A stretch of DNA of 64,000 nucleotides from the human T2T-CHM13v2.0 reference genome, Homo sapiens. Positions within the stretch are counted from its first letter, which is position 1; each line of letters starts with the position of its first letter. The notes below the pieces were generated by a model that was not told the DNA's origin, searched no databases, and saw only the letters and a list, made by a program, of their open reading frames with translations. The DNA is taken from the NCBI RefSeq assembly GCF_009914755.1, contig NC_060931.1; one strand, given 5' to 3'. The translations under genes were made by a program, and so were the position numbers. Positions 48,409 to 63,659 of this stretch are shown here, piece after piece.

Positions 48409-48579
48409 TGATAAAGAGAAATGGGGCAGAGGGGAGTCCAGGGAATATAAACCTTTTGAAGTCGAGTAAAAGACAAGTCAGAAAAGAATACCAAACAGGA
48501 GAGATCAGTGAATCTGAAGGAAATTCAGGTGGACATGGTATTATAAATGCCAAAAGAAGAAAGTATTTCAGCAAGAAGG

Positions 48580-48919
48580 TGTTGTAGGCCTTTCTCCTTA
48601 GTTCAGCTAAGAGATGGGTTCTTGTCACACGGCCATGAAATATTAGGCTCGCAGACACTTTAAAGGGTGAGAAAAATAAAACTTACTGGGTGAAAAGGGA
48701 AAAAAAGGGGAAACAGGGACTCAGCAGAGTGAGAGTCCTGCTAGTATAGGCTTCTCGCCTGGCAGACTGAATCCCAGATTCGACCCAGGAAGATGAGGGA
48801 CCCGCTACCCACCCCTGCAAACACATGAACTTCCCCAGGCTCCATCCCAGTGTCCACTCCTCCCAGTGTGCAGGCCGGTCACAGGCTCTCCGGGGACCTC
48901 TTCATACTCGGCTGTTTCA
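48580..48919 (-). mobile_element. ERV1 solo LTR (MER61/MER83-like)
   Basis: TG...CA termini; 4-bp TSD AAGG at 48576-48579 and 48920-48923; 'ttagttcagctaa...gggttcttgtcacacg'. Confidence 0.85.
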
Positions 48920-50635
48920 AAGGGAGGTCACTGAAGGCTAGATGGGTTAGGGAAGGTTTTGCTGAAGAAAAGAGGCCTTTGCAGATGGAGGAGGAGTGTA
49001 GGGAATGGGTAGCGTAGTATTCAGGGGAGATGGTTTATCTGCCGAAAGGGCCCCAGGTTCTTAATTTAGCTAATTTTGAAATCAAATTAAAGAGCATTAT
49101 GGCTAAAGTCTACTGCTACTCTCTTGGTCACATAGAAAACCCTCTCTGCTGGATCTTTTGAAATAAAACGTGCAAGTTCTCTAGGCTGCGTAGCCTGTAT
49201 GTCGTCACCTTGATTTCCAGAGAGCATCTGTGCATGGAATAGTTCTCCACCTCTCTGCCTCCTCCTCACTTTCTGTTCAAGATGATTTCCTGGGTTAACT
49301 TCCTTCTTTCCATCCACCCACCCACTGGAATCTTTTTCCAAGCACTTTTCCATTTTCTTGTAGATGGGCTTTGATTTTCTGCCCCCTCTCCATGCCTGTA
49401 AAGCTCCAAACTTTTCTCAGGGAGAGGCAGCCTGGACCTGACTGGACTGCCCAGTGAACTGGGATCATTGAGTACAATCAAGTGCTCATGGATCATGGAT
49501 CGTGGATTAAAGGGGTGTGCTCCTTTTCACCCTAGATGCCTTCTCCATGCCTTTCACAGCCCCCTGTCTTATTACACCACTGCCCCCATCATGCTCAGCC
49601 ATCCCAGTTCTCCCTGGCCAGTGAGCTTCAGCCTTATCTAGGAAAGGGAGAGTGGGGTGCAGCCACGCTGCAAGACCAGGTCTTCCCTTATCCCAGCTTC
49701 CCCATCATCCCAGCAGGTCAAAATATCAGACAGCCCTCCCCTGACCTTCCCCCTTGTAGATACCAATTCCCGAACAGAGCCATTTTTACTCTATGTTTAT
49801 CGTCACACACCTGTACAGCATTTTTCATAAGTTATACAGTAAATGGTCTCAGTGATTTGTGTTTCTAGTGCTCTCATTTGGAACTGAGGCAGGGTGCTAT
49901 GAAATGTGAGGGGAAAAAAAACACTTTGTATATTTTGTAGTACTATCTCTGTGGCCATGCCTGCCCCGACACATTCTTTAAATATGTGGGTTAAACCAGG
50001 GCAGGAGCCGTGGCCATCTTTGTACCAATGATTTTAAAAAATTGAATCCTTGTACTTGCATTGATTGTAATTTCTTTTTTTTTTTTTTACTTGTTGTGGG
50101 AAGAGAGAAATAAAAATAATCAACTTCCCCCCACCGAAAAAAAAAAAAAAAAGAAAGAAAAGGGGCCTTGACGGGTGAATATATGTTGGATTAGAAAGGA
50201 ACAATTGTTTAGCTTCTTATTGAAGGTAGCCAGATGAGTGTGAACATGAAAGTAGAAGGGCTAATGCATGTGGGATCTTTGTGGATAGAGTAGTGTGAAA
50301 AAGAGAGTGTAAAAGAAACAGAAAGGCAAAGATGATCAGTTGCAGGTGGCCAGGAGAGGCAGCCAAGGAAGTCTGGACTTTTTAAGTAAGTGATGAGAGT
50401 CACTAGAGGTTACTGTGTTGGTTATGAGTGGGGCAGGCCATTGAGAAAATAAGGTGAGATAAGCAAAAGGCATTTTGATGGAAGACGTGTAGTAGGCTTT
50501 GATGACCTTAAGTATTGACATAAAATAGATGATTTTCACAGTTTTAAGTTGAACTGATTAAGAATAGGATAATATTATTGATAAAAAGGGAAGAGAAGAG
50601 GAAACTGATACTGCCTTTTCTTAGAGGTGAGTTAA

Positions 50636-50866
50636 TTTTTTTAAAGAGATGGGCTCTCACTGTGTCTCCCAGGCCAGCGTACAGTGGCATTATCATAATT
50701 CACTGCAGCCCCGAACTCTTGGGTTCAAGCTAATTTTTTTTTAAAGTTATTTTTTAGAGACAGGGTTTGGCTATCTAGCTCAGCCTGGTCTTGAACTCCT
50801 GGCCTCAAACAATCTTCCCTCAGCCAACTGAGTAGCTTGAGCTACAGGTGCAAGCCACTGTGCTCT
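50636..50866 (-). mobile_element. Old AluJ with internal deletion
   Basis: Right-arm end joined directly to the linker and a diverged left arm. Confidence 0.8.
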
Positions 50867-50918
50867 GTGACATTTTTAAATATAGTATAATGGTCAAAAA
50901 TTAAGAGTCATTTAATAA

Positions 50919-51428
<510 letters not shown>

Positions 51429-51649
51429 TGAATTCCAGTCATTATATCATTTAATCTCTAAATATTTTATATGTGCCTCTAAAAGAGAACTCTAAAAAAA
51501 AAAAACACATAATATCATACACATCTTAAAAATTGACATTATTCCTTAATGTCATTTAATGTTTGGCCAGACTTCAAATTCCCCTGATATTTTTATAATT
51601 TTTTTGTTAGTTTGTTTGAATTAGTATTCAAGTTATGTGGACAATTCTC

Positions 51650-53190
51650 TTTTAAAAGAATATATAATTTTAACACTCACAAAATAGTAAACATATAACT
51701 TACATGTAAGATATGAAGTATAATAATAAAACAAATACTCTGAATCCCAAATCCCAACTCAAACACTAGAATTTATCAATGCTGATAAATCTACCTGTTT
51801 TTCCCTCCACTATCCAAACGTTGTACCATTGTATCAAACATTAGCTAGCACTGTTAATGTAAATTTCACCTAGAGCTGCCTCACATATTTTAAGTATAGC
51901 CAAAATGTTTCTCTGAACATAGTAAACTAACCTAACTGGATGAAGAAACAGACTGTGGCTAATTCTTATGCCAATCACCAAGTTTTGACCTATCAAAGAC
52001 AGCCAACTGTTCAAACTGGGTTCAAATAAAGCAAACGTGGAGCTGTAACCAATCTGACTGCTTCCGTACCTCACTTCTGCTTTTTGTACGTCACTTTCCT
52101 TTTTCTGTCCATAATGTGGCTACATGGGAGTCTCTCTGAACCTATTCTGGTTGAGGGGCTGACCCATTCGCAAATTGTTCATTGCTCAATTAAAGTCTGT
52201 TAAATTTGTTTTGTCTAAGATTTTTCTTTTCACAGCTCTATCCTGACTTTTACATTTATTATTCCCTTGCTCTCTTTTCTTCTTTTTTTAAAAAAAGTTT
52301 TACCACACATGTATGTGTTCTTAAACAATATGTTGTTTAGTTTTGCTTGTTTTAAGCTTTAGAAAAATATCATATACTGTGATTTTCTTTTTTTCATTCA
52401 ACATAATGCTTCTAAAGTTCATCTAAATTGTTTTGTGTAGCTATAGTTAATTTCTATGGCTGTATAATCTTTCAAAGAGTGACTATCATTGTCTACTTAC
52501 CTGTTCTGTTTGTAAACAGGTTATTTTGTTTGTTTCTAGCTTTTTCCACTATGAAAAAATTTTATGAACAATGTGTCTCCTATAATTTGTACAAAAGTTT
52601 CTACAGGGTGAACCAAGGATTGGAATTGCTAGGTCACAGATTACTGCCATGTTCAACTTTGCAACCTAATGCCAAATTGTTTCCCAAAGTACTTATACCA
52701 ATTAACATTTTTACTAGCAGTTCATTAGAATTCTAATTACAGCACATCCTTATCAAATTAAGAATTTTCAGACTTATTAAATGTCGCCCATGTAGTTAGT
52801 AAAACAATATCAAGTCTTGGTTTTAAAACGTATTTTTTCTGAGCACTAGTGAGGTTGAACACTTTTTCGTATGATGGTCATTTAACTCTCTCACTTCTGT
52901 AAAACGACTGACGTTCTATGTTTGGCTTCTTTATGGCTTGATTTTTAAAAAGCCTTAATATGCAGGTGTTAATGTTGTCAATAGTAATCCTTTATTATTT
53001 ACATGGTTTGAAATATTTTCATCTGACTTGTAGCTCCTGTTTTTCTTTTATGGTCTTACTCGATAAAGACAAATTCTTAGTTTTAATGCAATCAAAAGAA
53101 TAAATTACTTTAGTGTTTGTGATTTTGGGGTCTTGTTAAAAATCCTTTTTATTAATACTTCGTTTGCAAAAATTATATTTTCTTATAAAA
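51650..53190 (-). mobile_element. L1ME-like 3' region, split by MER57
   Basis: 'ttcattcaacataatgcttctaaagttcatc', 'tggaattgctaggtca', 'tgccaaattgtttcccaaagt', 'actagtgaggttgaacac'. Confidence 0.7.
51852..52234 (+). mobile_element. MER57-like ERV1 solo LTR
   Basis: TG...CA termini; 'gagctgtaaccaatc...gtacctcacttc...gtacgtcactttcc'; TSD gcac/gctc. Confidence 0.85.
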
Positions 53191-53376
53191 ATTGTATGGG
53201 CTATAACTTTAAACAGGCAACCTCCTTAGACCAAAGTAGTTCCTGGTGAGGGACTGAGGTCTGGGACTTCAGTGACTAAAACCTTTGGTGGTTGAGGAAT
53301 AATCTTCCTGAAGAGCATCTGGTAGCACACAAGGTTGCTATGATGACTTTGCAAAGTAAGATTAGAAAATTATGCT

Positions 53377-53666
<290 letters not shown>

Positions 53667-56341
53667 TTATGCTAATTGTTATGTCTCCAATAATAACACA
53701 AAGTCAGCAACATAGTAGGCATCCAATAAATATTTGTTGTGAGTGTGAATGTATCGTGAAGTTCACACAGTGGAAAAATATTTCCATTCCCCCTAAGTTA
53801 CTTTTAGGCATGCGTTAAACAATTCAATACAGCACACTGAATAGGCTTTAAGGAAGTCTAAGTTTTGATCATCTTAGTTGATAATTGTTGTTGTACTTGA
53901 TAACACTCTGGTTGCATGTGATCGAAGTTCAAATGGAAATAGCTTAAGAAACAGACAGTAATTTATTTCTATTTAGAATAAAATAAAAGTCTAATAGACA
54001 TTTCAGGTATCGTTGGTTCTATGGACTGAAATGAGTTCAAAATGACTCTCTTACTTTACTTATTAGTTCTTTCTTTATATTGACTTCTTTCTTATTCAGG
54101 CCCTCCCTACACAGAAAAAAAGATGGCAATCAGCAGCTCAAACTCAGATCCTACTATGATGGCAATGGCATAAAGATTGAGCTTTGCTCCTAATCACTTT
54201 TAAGAAGGTCTAAGTAAGACTTCAAGTGACTTAGCTGTGTCCCATATGCAGCCTTCAGTCATTTGCTGTAACTGGCTGAACAGAATACTCTGACTAGGCC
54301 TGACTCACGAGTCTCCCCAGGAAGCACAGAGAGCAGGTATCCACTTCCCTGCAACTGCATAGCCTGAATGGCACTGCTTCCACCGAATCTCAACCCTGTG
54401 AACTAAATTGCATGGTGTCCACTTCACCCCAGCCACAAAGACTGAATACCTTTATGTCCACCTTACTCCAACCATATGGACGGAACAGGAATCTTATGAG
54501 GGTAGGACGGTTTCTTAAACTTATGGTAGAAAGATATGTATAAATATTTATGTACCTGTATTTTTTCAGTTTTAAAACTTTTATTTTGTATAATAGAGGA
54601 AACAAATCTTTCTTGCAAAAAGAAAATAAATAATATCATGTCCTTGCAGAATTTAAAAATTGTTAGGCCCATTCAAAATAATATACTAAGTATAACACCT
54701 CTTTCAAATTAGGCTCCTTAGTTTAAAAAATTAAATCTGCTCCAAAATAATAATATATCAGTTATATATAAAGTTATAAAGTTTATCATTTATTTTGTAT
54801 TTTAAACTATTTTAAACTATGACTCAATAGCTATTTATTTGCACGTACTTAAAAATTAAGTATAATAAACACAACTTCAAATATAAATGAAGACTTTCCC
54901 TGGCAGCATTGTCATATCAAGAAATCCAGATGGACAAAGTTGTATCCATTTGGAAGGATTTGAGCCTCCAGACTAGTCTAGAAGTAAGGATCCTTTAGGC
55001 AATAAGTATCTTATTTCTACTTTCTAAGTCAATTTTTGAGAAATTATCAATAGCTTTTAAAGATGATTGTCTCTCCTCCCTGCCCAACTTATTCACTCAC
55101 TCAGCCTACATTGCACCTTGTGAACTCCACTGAGTTGACTTTTAACTTTATCATTATATTAAACAGTCATGAGATTTAGGTTTGAGGCCTTTTTCCTTTT
55201 TAATGAAATGATATGATAATGATTAAAATTTATCATTATGGTAATCATCATCAAGATAATGATAAATCTTGAAATATTTAATCTTCAGTAATTTCATCAG
55301 GCCATGAATGTTATTTTGCTTAATAGATGGCTATGTCAATTAATGTATATAGAACACAATACTTGTCTGAGACATTTCTTCTTCTTTATATGTGAAATTG
55401 ACATAGCTGAGGTAGTTTTTGCCATGTTGTTTATTATTTTTTCATGTGGCACCCAAGCTTATATCACTATACAGTCTATACTGAGAAGCCATGGTTAAGG
55501 TTATTCTACAGTTGCTAATGAAGTTCTGTTTCAGAATTTGTGATATGTTGGACATGTACGGTTGGGTAGAATTTTCTTTTTATTCTCCAAGGGAAACAAA
55601 AGGACTTGCCAAACAAGTGAACATTATGCATTATGTTACAGAGGAAAATATTCTCTTAAGAAAAGCAGAAGCTTTCAACTTTTGATGAATTTTCCATGAA
55701 TCTAAATTACATCTTCACTATAAACCACATAATTTTAGTCTTTGACAGGTACTGTTCAGCTCATATTGGTATTTTGCCAAACTAATTTTAAATTATTTTC
55801 TACCCAGTAAGGTAAAATATCTGTTTTTTGGTTATGCTTGTTGAATGTAAAAAAATATCTTTTAAAAACAGTCAAATATTCAGGTTGTATGGTAGTTTGA
55901 GTAGGCTTTCTCCAATTAATTTCATTTCACAGGATTTTTTTGGACTACTTAATTCTTTTGTGGGTAGAAGGAGATGGCAGAAAAGAAGTGATACACTGAG
56001 GAGGGTAATTATCAGAGGTTTTCGGGAAGTATTTTTACCTAAGACAACCAAATTTTTTTTAATCAAGTGATAACATATGAGAATGGGAAGCATATGTGTA
56101 ATTTTTCTAGACATTTGATTTCCCTCCACATGATTATGCAGAGCACCTAAGAAATCGATGACCTGTGATTCCTTCTTTTGAAAATTACCTCCTACTCTCA
56201 TGCATATGGTAATAGGGGAGGCAGGAGAAGTTTGGCAGAGTGTCTGTGCCTCTTCTCATAGTTTCTCAATCCAAAGGTGGGTCTTGGACTTAAGTCTGGT
56301 TGTTCAGAATCCTGTCTCAGGATTTTTGGAATGGGAAACCA

Positions 56342-56392
56342 AATATAATATAATATAATATAATATAATATAATATAATATAATATAATATA
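56342..56392. repeat. (TATAA)n pentanucleotide microsatellite
   Basis: About 10 perfect units. Confidence 0.97.
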
Positions 56393-56641
56393 TATTTAAT
56401 ATGTATTAAATATATATATATACTCCAATCACTCTCTCAGGCCATGGCCTCTTGCAATAAGGAACTATCCATCTATGACTCCTGCTGTAGAGGGTTTCCT
56501 GGGAGCATGTTTTTTATTATGTGACTCAGCTCCAGGTACAGAACCAATTAGACTAGGAATGGGCCCCAGAACAGTTCATGTATATGCTTAATGAGGCTGG
56601 CACAAAACAATAAAGTTTGTTAAAAAGACTCTCTTTCAAGA

Positions 56642-56727
56642 ACTTAGGATATTAACTACTGATAGAAAGCGTCATTTAGAAATGACTTAGGATATTAACT
56701 ACTGATAGAAAGCGTCATTTAGAAATG
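56642..56727. repeat. Perfect 43-bp tandem duplication
   Basis: acttaggatattaactactgatagaaagcgtcatttagaaatg at 56642-56684 and 56685-56727. Confidence 0.98.
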
Positions 56728-56805
56728 GAAGTTGAACTGAAATGTCTCATACAGAGAAGAGTTAGAGAGGTCATGATGGTCATGTACAAGGTAAAATTAT
56801 ATAGA

Positions 56806-57117
56806 GCCTAGGTGCGGTGGCTCACATCTGTAATCCCAGCACTTTGGGAGGCTGAGGTGGGTGGATCACCTAAGTTTGGGAGTTCGAGACCAGCCTGACC
56901 AACATGGAGAAACCCTGTCTCTACTAAAAATACAAAATTAGCTGGGCGTGGTGGTACATGCCTGTAATCCCAGCTACTTGGGAGGCTGAAGCAGGAGAAT
57001 CGCTTGAACCCAGGAGTTGAAGGTTGCGGTGAGCCAAGATGGCGCCACTTCACTCCAGCCTGGGTGACAAGAGTGAAACTCCATTTCAAAAAATAAAATA
57101 AAATAATAAAATAAAAT
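56806..57117 (+). mobile_element. AluSp-like
   Basis: 'cctgaccaacatggagaaacc', 'ttgcggtgag', 'acaagagtgaaact'; TSD aaaat(t/a)atataga. Confidence 0.95.
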
Positions 57118-58457
57118 AATATAGAAGGAAGCCAACAATGGGGCCAGAAGGGTAGACTGAGAATTATATTGAGAAAAAATTTTCAGTCCAGAGAGAGAAA
57201 CAAAACAAACAAAAAAACTGGTTTCTAAGTACAGACTTCATTCCTTATGATTTTTTAGTGTCAGTTATTCCATTCTCATCTGTGCAATAATTGTCACTTT
57301 ATTGTCCCTCAGCTTTAAATTCACCCTGTAGTACCTGCACTGCAATAATGGATTGATCTCCAAACATTTCTCTGTTACAGTGAACACATGTTAAGTACTG
57401 TCAGTAGAGGATGCAGGAGAGACATTGAGAGAGGATGAAGGATTCTTCTAATTCTGTACACCTGCCAAAGTCTCACCTCAGCTGCCTGCCTAGAAAGGCT
57501 GCTTCCCATGACCCTCTCTACCTGAAGACCACATGTTCTAATTCTCATGCAAAAGCCCCATCCTCACTCCCTCTTTATACATTCACTTATGAACTGTGGC
57601 TCTCTGCCACCTCATTTCCTGCTTGCCCAGTGACCATGGACCAGCTCTGATCTGAGTGTCCTAGGAAACTTCTCTGGAGGTTGCAACTACACCTTCTCCA
57701 ACAAGACCTGAACCCCACCTTGGAATCCCCACTTCAACCTTGTCCTTCATTGCATCATTTCCCTGAGCCCTAGGCTAACCAGCAGAGTTCTCTTTACATC
57801 CTTATATTTACTTCCCTGCCATATTTAATAATTCTTTACATTAAAAAGTTCCTGTTCAAATTACTATGATTTCTTTTTCCTGATTGAATTTAGATGGATA
57901 TATCCTCTTCATAATAAATTCCATTTCTCTTGGACTAATTTGAATGAATGTCTGTTTCTTTTGATCACGAAAGCTGGCTACAAATAGGCAGGACACAACA
58001 ACTGAGTTTCCTCTGTTTGAGATTCTTGCCCTTGTCCTTTGACTCTCACAGAATTTTATGAAATTGACCTCAGTGCCTACAACTGACTGCACATGACAAA
58101 ATGCAGAACACTTAGATTTGATGAACACAAGGCTTGACATATTTGTCAATAGTACCAGGAATAGTTTTGCATACTATAATATTTAACAGCCACAGGAGAA
58201 GGGCAAACCAATATAATTAAGGTTAAATATATGTGGAGTAATTGAATAAGAGAGGCTTAATGTGTCCCTATTTCTATTTTAATTTGTTCAGTCTCATGAA
58301 TCAATGAGCTAAAGCAAAGATATGTAAAAAGAGTAAATATCTAAACAGGATTTGCTTGAGTTTCCTTAAATGAATTGTTAGCCATGCAGGTTAATTTATC
58401 TTTTGAGAAAGCATGTAATTTTGCTGACATACACATATGCTCTGGGGCTGTAAGTCA

Positions 58458-58665
58458 ACACATGGACACAGGTAGGGGAACATCACACATTGGAGCCTGT
58501 TGGGAGGTGGGGGGCTAGGGGAGGGATAGCGTTCTGAGAAATATCTAATGTAGACGACGGGTTGATGGGTGCAGCAAACCACCATGGCGCGTGTATACCT
58601 AGGTAACAAACCTGCACGCTCTGCACATGTATCCCAGAACTTAAAGTATAATAATAATTAAAAAA
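58458..58665 (+). mobile_element. L1PA (PA7/8-like) 3' UTR fragment
   Basis: 'acacatggacacagg...gggtgcagcaaaccaccatggc...aacttaaagtataataa'. Confidence 0.92.
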
Positions 58666-58711
58666 TGACAACCTGTACTCCACCTAAGGGCAGAAAGGAG
58701 TACAATAGGAC

Positions 58712-59198
58712 TGATAAGGTTTGGCTGTGTCCCCACCCAAATCTCATCTTGAATTGTAGTTTCCATAATCCCCGCATGTCGTGAAAGATCCAGTGGGAGG
58801 TAGTTGAATCATGGGGGTGTTTACCCTCATGCTGTTCTAATGATAGTGAGTGAGCTCTCACTAGATCTGATTTTTTTTTTATTACACTGTAAGTTCCAGG
58901 GTACATGTGCACAACATGCAGGTTTGTTACATATGTATACATGTGCCATGTTGGTGTGCTGCACCCATTAACTCGTCATTTACATTAGGTATATCTCCTA
59001 ATGCTACCCCTCCCCCCTCCCCTCACCCCACACAGGCTGAAGCTGGAAACCATCATTCTGAGCAAACTATCTCAGGGATCTGATGGTTTTATAAGGGGCT
59101 TTTCCCCCTTTTGCTTGGCACTTCTTCCTGCCTCCATGTGAAGAAAGACGTGTTTGCTTCTCCTTCTGCCATGATAAGTTTCCTGAGGCCTTCCCAGC
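58712..59198 (+). mobile_element. THE1 LTR, interrupted by L1PA and 3'-truncated
   Basis: 'tgataaggtttggctgtgtccccacccaaatctcatcttgaattgtag' ... 'gatctgatggttttataagggg' ... 'aagtttcctgaggccttcccagc'. Confidence 0.93.
58872..59078 (-). mobile_element. Short L1PA (PA5-like) insertion with a 41-nt inverted 5' piece
   Basis: Antisense 3' UTR at 58872-59037, sense ORF2-end piece at 59038-59078; TSD gatctgat at 58864 and 59077. Confidence 0.9.
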
Positions 59199-60038
59199 AA
59201 AAAAAAAAAAAAAAATTTATTTCATTAACAAAAAAAAAAAAAAAAAAAAATCTCAGAATATCTTCACTGGTTATTCAGTGATTCGTTTCTCTAGGATGAG
59301 TGCCCAAAACATTTCTGCAGAATTAGATTCATAGATATTAGTCCACTGTGGCATGGAAAACTTTACAAAATGGAGAATAGAAGTGAAGCTTTTCTCCATG
59401 TTAATGTGCTTAGTCATTAATTACATAGCTAATAGGCTAAACATTTGCTGTACAATTTTTTTTGGTAAACATTGATACAAAAGTATAGAATAGAATTTGG
59501 AAAAAGATTTAAAGGATACAACATGGTAATTTATGGGATTTTTAAATACAATACGTATTTTAAAATGATGTATACCAACAAGAGAGAATTAAAAGTAGTC
59601 TGGCAATCAATAATTATGCGATAATACTGGAAAAAGCAAAGTACAATGGCTTCCAGTATAGCTGACTCTTTAATTACAGCTAAAAGATCTTATAGAATTT
59701 GAAAAAATGAAGAGCATCTCTGCTTAGAAAAGCTGATTAAACATTATAGTATGTAATCAATATCGCATTCATAGAACATAAAAATTAGTGCCTAAATATT
59801 AACTTCCTCAAAGAAAATTATGGCTAGATCATGCCATATTAGAGAGTGACTGAAAGGAGACATTAAAAAATGTCTGTCTGAATAATTTACTCTTTCATAG
59901 TTGAAAAGTATAAAATTAGATTAAAATAGCAAATCAAATGTTTGGGAAAAACTTTTAAAATGCTTTAAAATACATTTTTGAAATAGCACTCAACTGAAAT
60001 CTATGTTTCTAATACCTAGAGTTGAAAATAATAAAGGC

Positions 60039-60331
<293 letters not shown>

Positions 60332-61029
60332 GAAAATAATAAAGGCATGAGTGTTTTTGGTGAGGAGAGATGAAGAACCAATTTCGATACCACAGGAGTG
60401 CTTTCTCCTGAATTAAGTAAATAAATAGTATTTAACTATTTACCTTATAGAGAGTAATGAATTTCTAAAGCAAGTATCTGTGTTCTAAAGAACATGTTTT
60501 TATGCAATATTTTGTGGGTGTTCTCCTTAACTTAAACATTTTATTTACAAGTAGAATTATCTACTTAGAGTATAAGTCAGAAGTGTTCAGATATTTTAAA
60601 AGAGTTTAATAAAATTGAAGTGAAAAGATTGTAAGAAAACACCCTCAAAATTAAGTATTATAGATTGCTAGTGAAAATACTTAAATGTGAAAAAAGAAAA
60701 GATTCCAGGAGAAAATATTTAATAACTAACTCAGGCCCTACATAAAAGGAATTCATGAAAAGAACACAATGAAAATATATACAGAAAAGTAAAGTTCTCA
60801 TGCCTTTTTAAAAAGATAATTGAATGTCTGGTGAATATAGTTCAAGAGCTGATAGGTGACATTTGATAAAAAGATTTCAACTATTCCTTAGAAATGCTGA
60901 GCCAAAATGTGAAATATTTTGTAGGTGAGTCCACATGTTGTCTATTCCTACTCTTTTTAAAAAACTTTAAAATCCTGTTATCTCCATAGGATTATGGAAT
61001 GATAAGATCAAGTGTTGATAAAGAATACA

Positions 61030-61220
61030 GTGCCACTCAGCTCCATATCTTATTACCTGAGGTGAACTTGGACAATTTCCTTAGCTCTCTGTGCCTCAGT
61101 TTCCATCTGTAATAGAAAAAAATAATACTTAACCTCATAGAGTTGCATGAGAATTACATAAGTACATATAAAGTATTTAGAATAATATTGAACACATAAT
61201 AACCACTCAATAATATTATA
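61030..61220 (+). mobile_element. MIR SINE
   Basis: 'gaacttggacaatttccttagctctctgtgcctcagtttccatctgtaa...acctcatagagttgcatgagaatta'. Confidence 0.85.
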
Positions 61221-61682
61221 ACATAATCTGGTTATTTAGTGTCTTTTCAACAGTATTTGTTTTCATATATACATGACAGTTATCACTGAAGAGCATAATT
61301 GTTAATTTTATATATGAGCCTACTCCTTGCTTCCAGAATAATCTCATTTAAATTCTTTTTTTTTTTTAATTCTACTTCATTGCTCAAGAACTTCTAACGA
61401 TTCCCCAGTGCCTAAGCCATCAGAGGTAAGTTACATCTGGATTTTAAAACCCTCTGTAATTGAAACCAATCTTACTTATTTAAGTTCCTTTCCTGTTTAC
61501 CCAGCATGATAGCCCATTTGTTTCACTTTAGATTTCCCACTGTTTCCTAACGTGCTATGCCTTTGCCTTTGTTCATCTATCCCGCCGGCCTAAAACAGGG
61601 TTTCTCCTTTCCAGTCTTTCAGAGACAATTACAAAATATTTCATCAAGCTATTTTTGTGCTGGAGTTGCCTTCCTCCTCATT

Positions 61683-61981
61683 CTTTTTTTTTTTTTTTTT
61701 TTTTGAGACAGAGTCTCTCTATACCCCAGGCTAGAGTGCAGTGGCACGATCTCCACTCACTGCAACCTCCACCTCCGGGTTCAAGCAATTCTCCTGCTTC
61801 AGCCTCCTGTGTAGCTGGGATTACAGGCATGCGCCACCATGCCAGGCTAATTTTTGTATTTTTAGTAGAGACGGGGTTTCACCATGTTGGTCAGGCTGGT
61901 CTCAAACTCCTGACCTGGCGATCCACCCGCCTCAGCCTCCCAAAGTGCTGGGATTACAGGCGTGAGCCATGGCGCCCAGCC
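61683..61981 (-). mobile_element. AluS
   Basis: TSD cctc(c/t)tcatt(c/t)ttt at 61673-61686 and 61982-61995. Confidence 0.95.
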
Positions 61982-62858
61982 CCTCTTCATTTTTTAATCA
62001 GCAATATTTATTAAGTACCAAATCATTGCAAGACTCAGGTAGGTGTAGCAGAGAGTCAGTGGGCATGGTCCCTGACCTTGTTAACGTTACAGACTTTGAG
62101 GTGAACAATGAAATAAGCAACTAGGCCATAATCGATCTGCCTAGATTGTTCTTCCCCAAACTCTTCACAAGGCCAGTTCCTTCTCATTTGGATCTCAGCT
62201 TCAACATCACCTTCTCCAAGATGCTTTTTTTGGCCATCCTCTCTAAAAGCTACCCACAGTCAGTATCTATCATAATACCTGTTGATTAATCTTTGTAGCA
62301 TTTTACTATTATCTGCAAGTATCTTTCCAGAGATGGATTTACTAGTGAAGTGAAGAGTTGCATTGTCCTCCACCCTGCAGCATTCTTTGACAATAGTGAT
62401 GTGGTTACTTGGCACTGATACCAGCTATAAGGTGGGACCTGATTGGCACAAACTCATCAGAATAATTTCTCCATCCTTGGCAAATTAAATGGTTCAGTAA
62501 AAGGCAGTAACCCAGGGCTAAGTCCTTCCATACAAGAGATGCCCCTAACCACAATTGTATAAATCAGAGTTGCTCTGGAGAGTATGGAATATGCTTACGA
62601 AATCTGGAATTGCTACAGCCATTTTGCTGCTCCAAGGGCAATTAGCTTGAGGTAGAAGCTGAAATGTTAAGGAGGATAGAGCCAGGGGACTCCCAGAAAA
62701 CAGAATCCCAACTTTGATCAAACCTATTTTGAAGCCCACATTCCTATGGAAGTTCTGTCATAAGAAACAATAAACTCCCTGATTTTTAGTCCATTGTTCA
62801 ATGAAAAATTGTATTAAGACAATTATGGATTCATATGTGTTTATAAAAGAGATGATAA

Positions 62859-63654
<796 letters not shown>

Positions 63655-63659
63655 ATAAC

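Noticed and set aside
49087-49496. Overlapping minus-strand ORFs in more GC-rich, apparently unique sequence
   Set aside because: No recognisable protein family, non-ATG or weak starts, no clear splice sites or poly(A)/TSD; a BLASTX search would settle it
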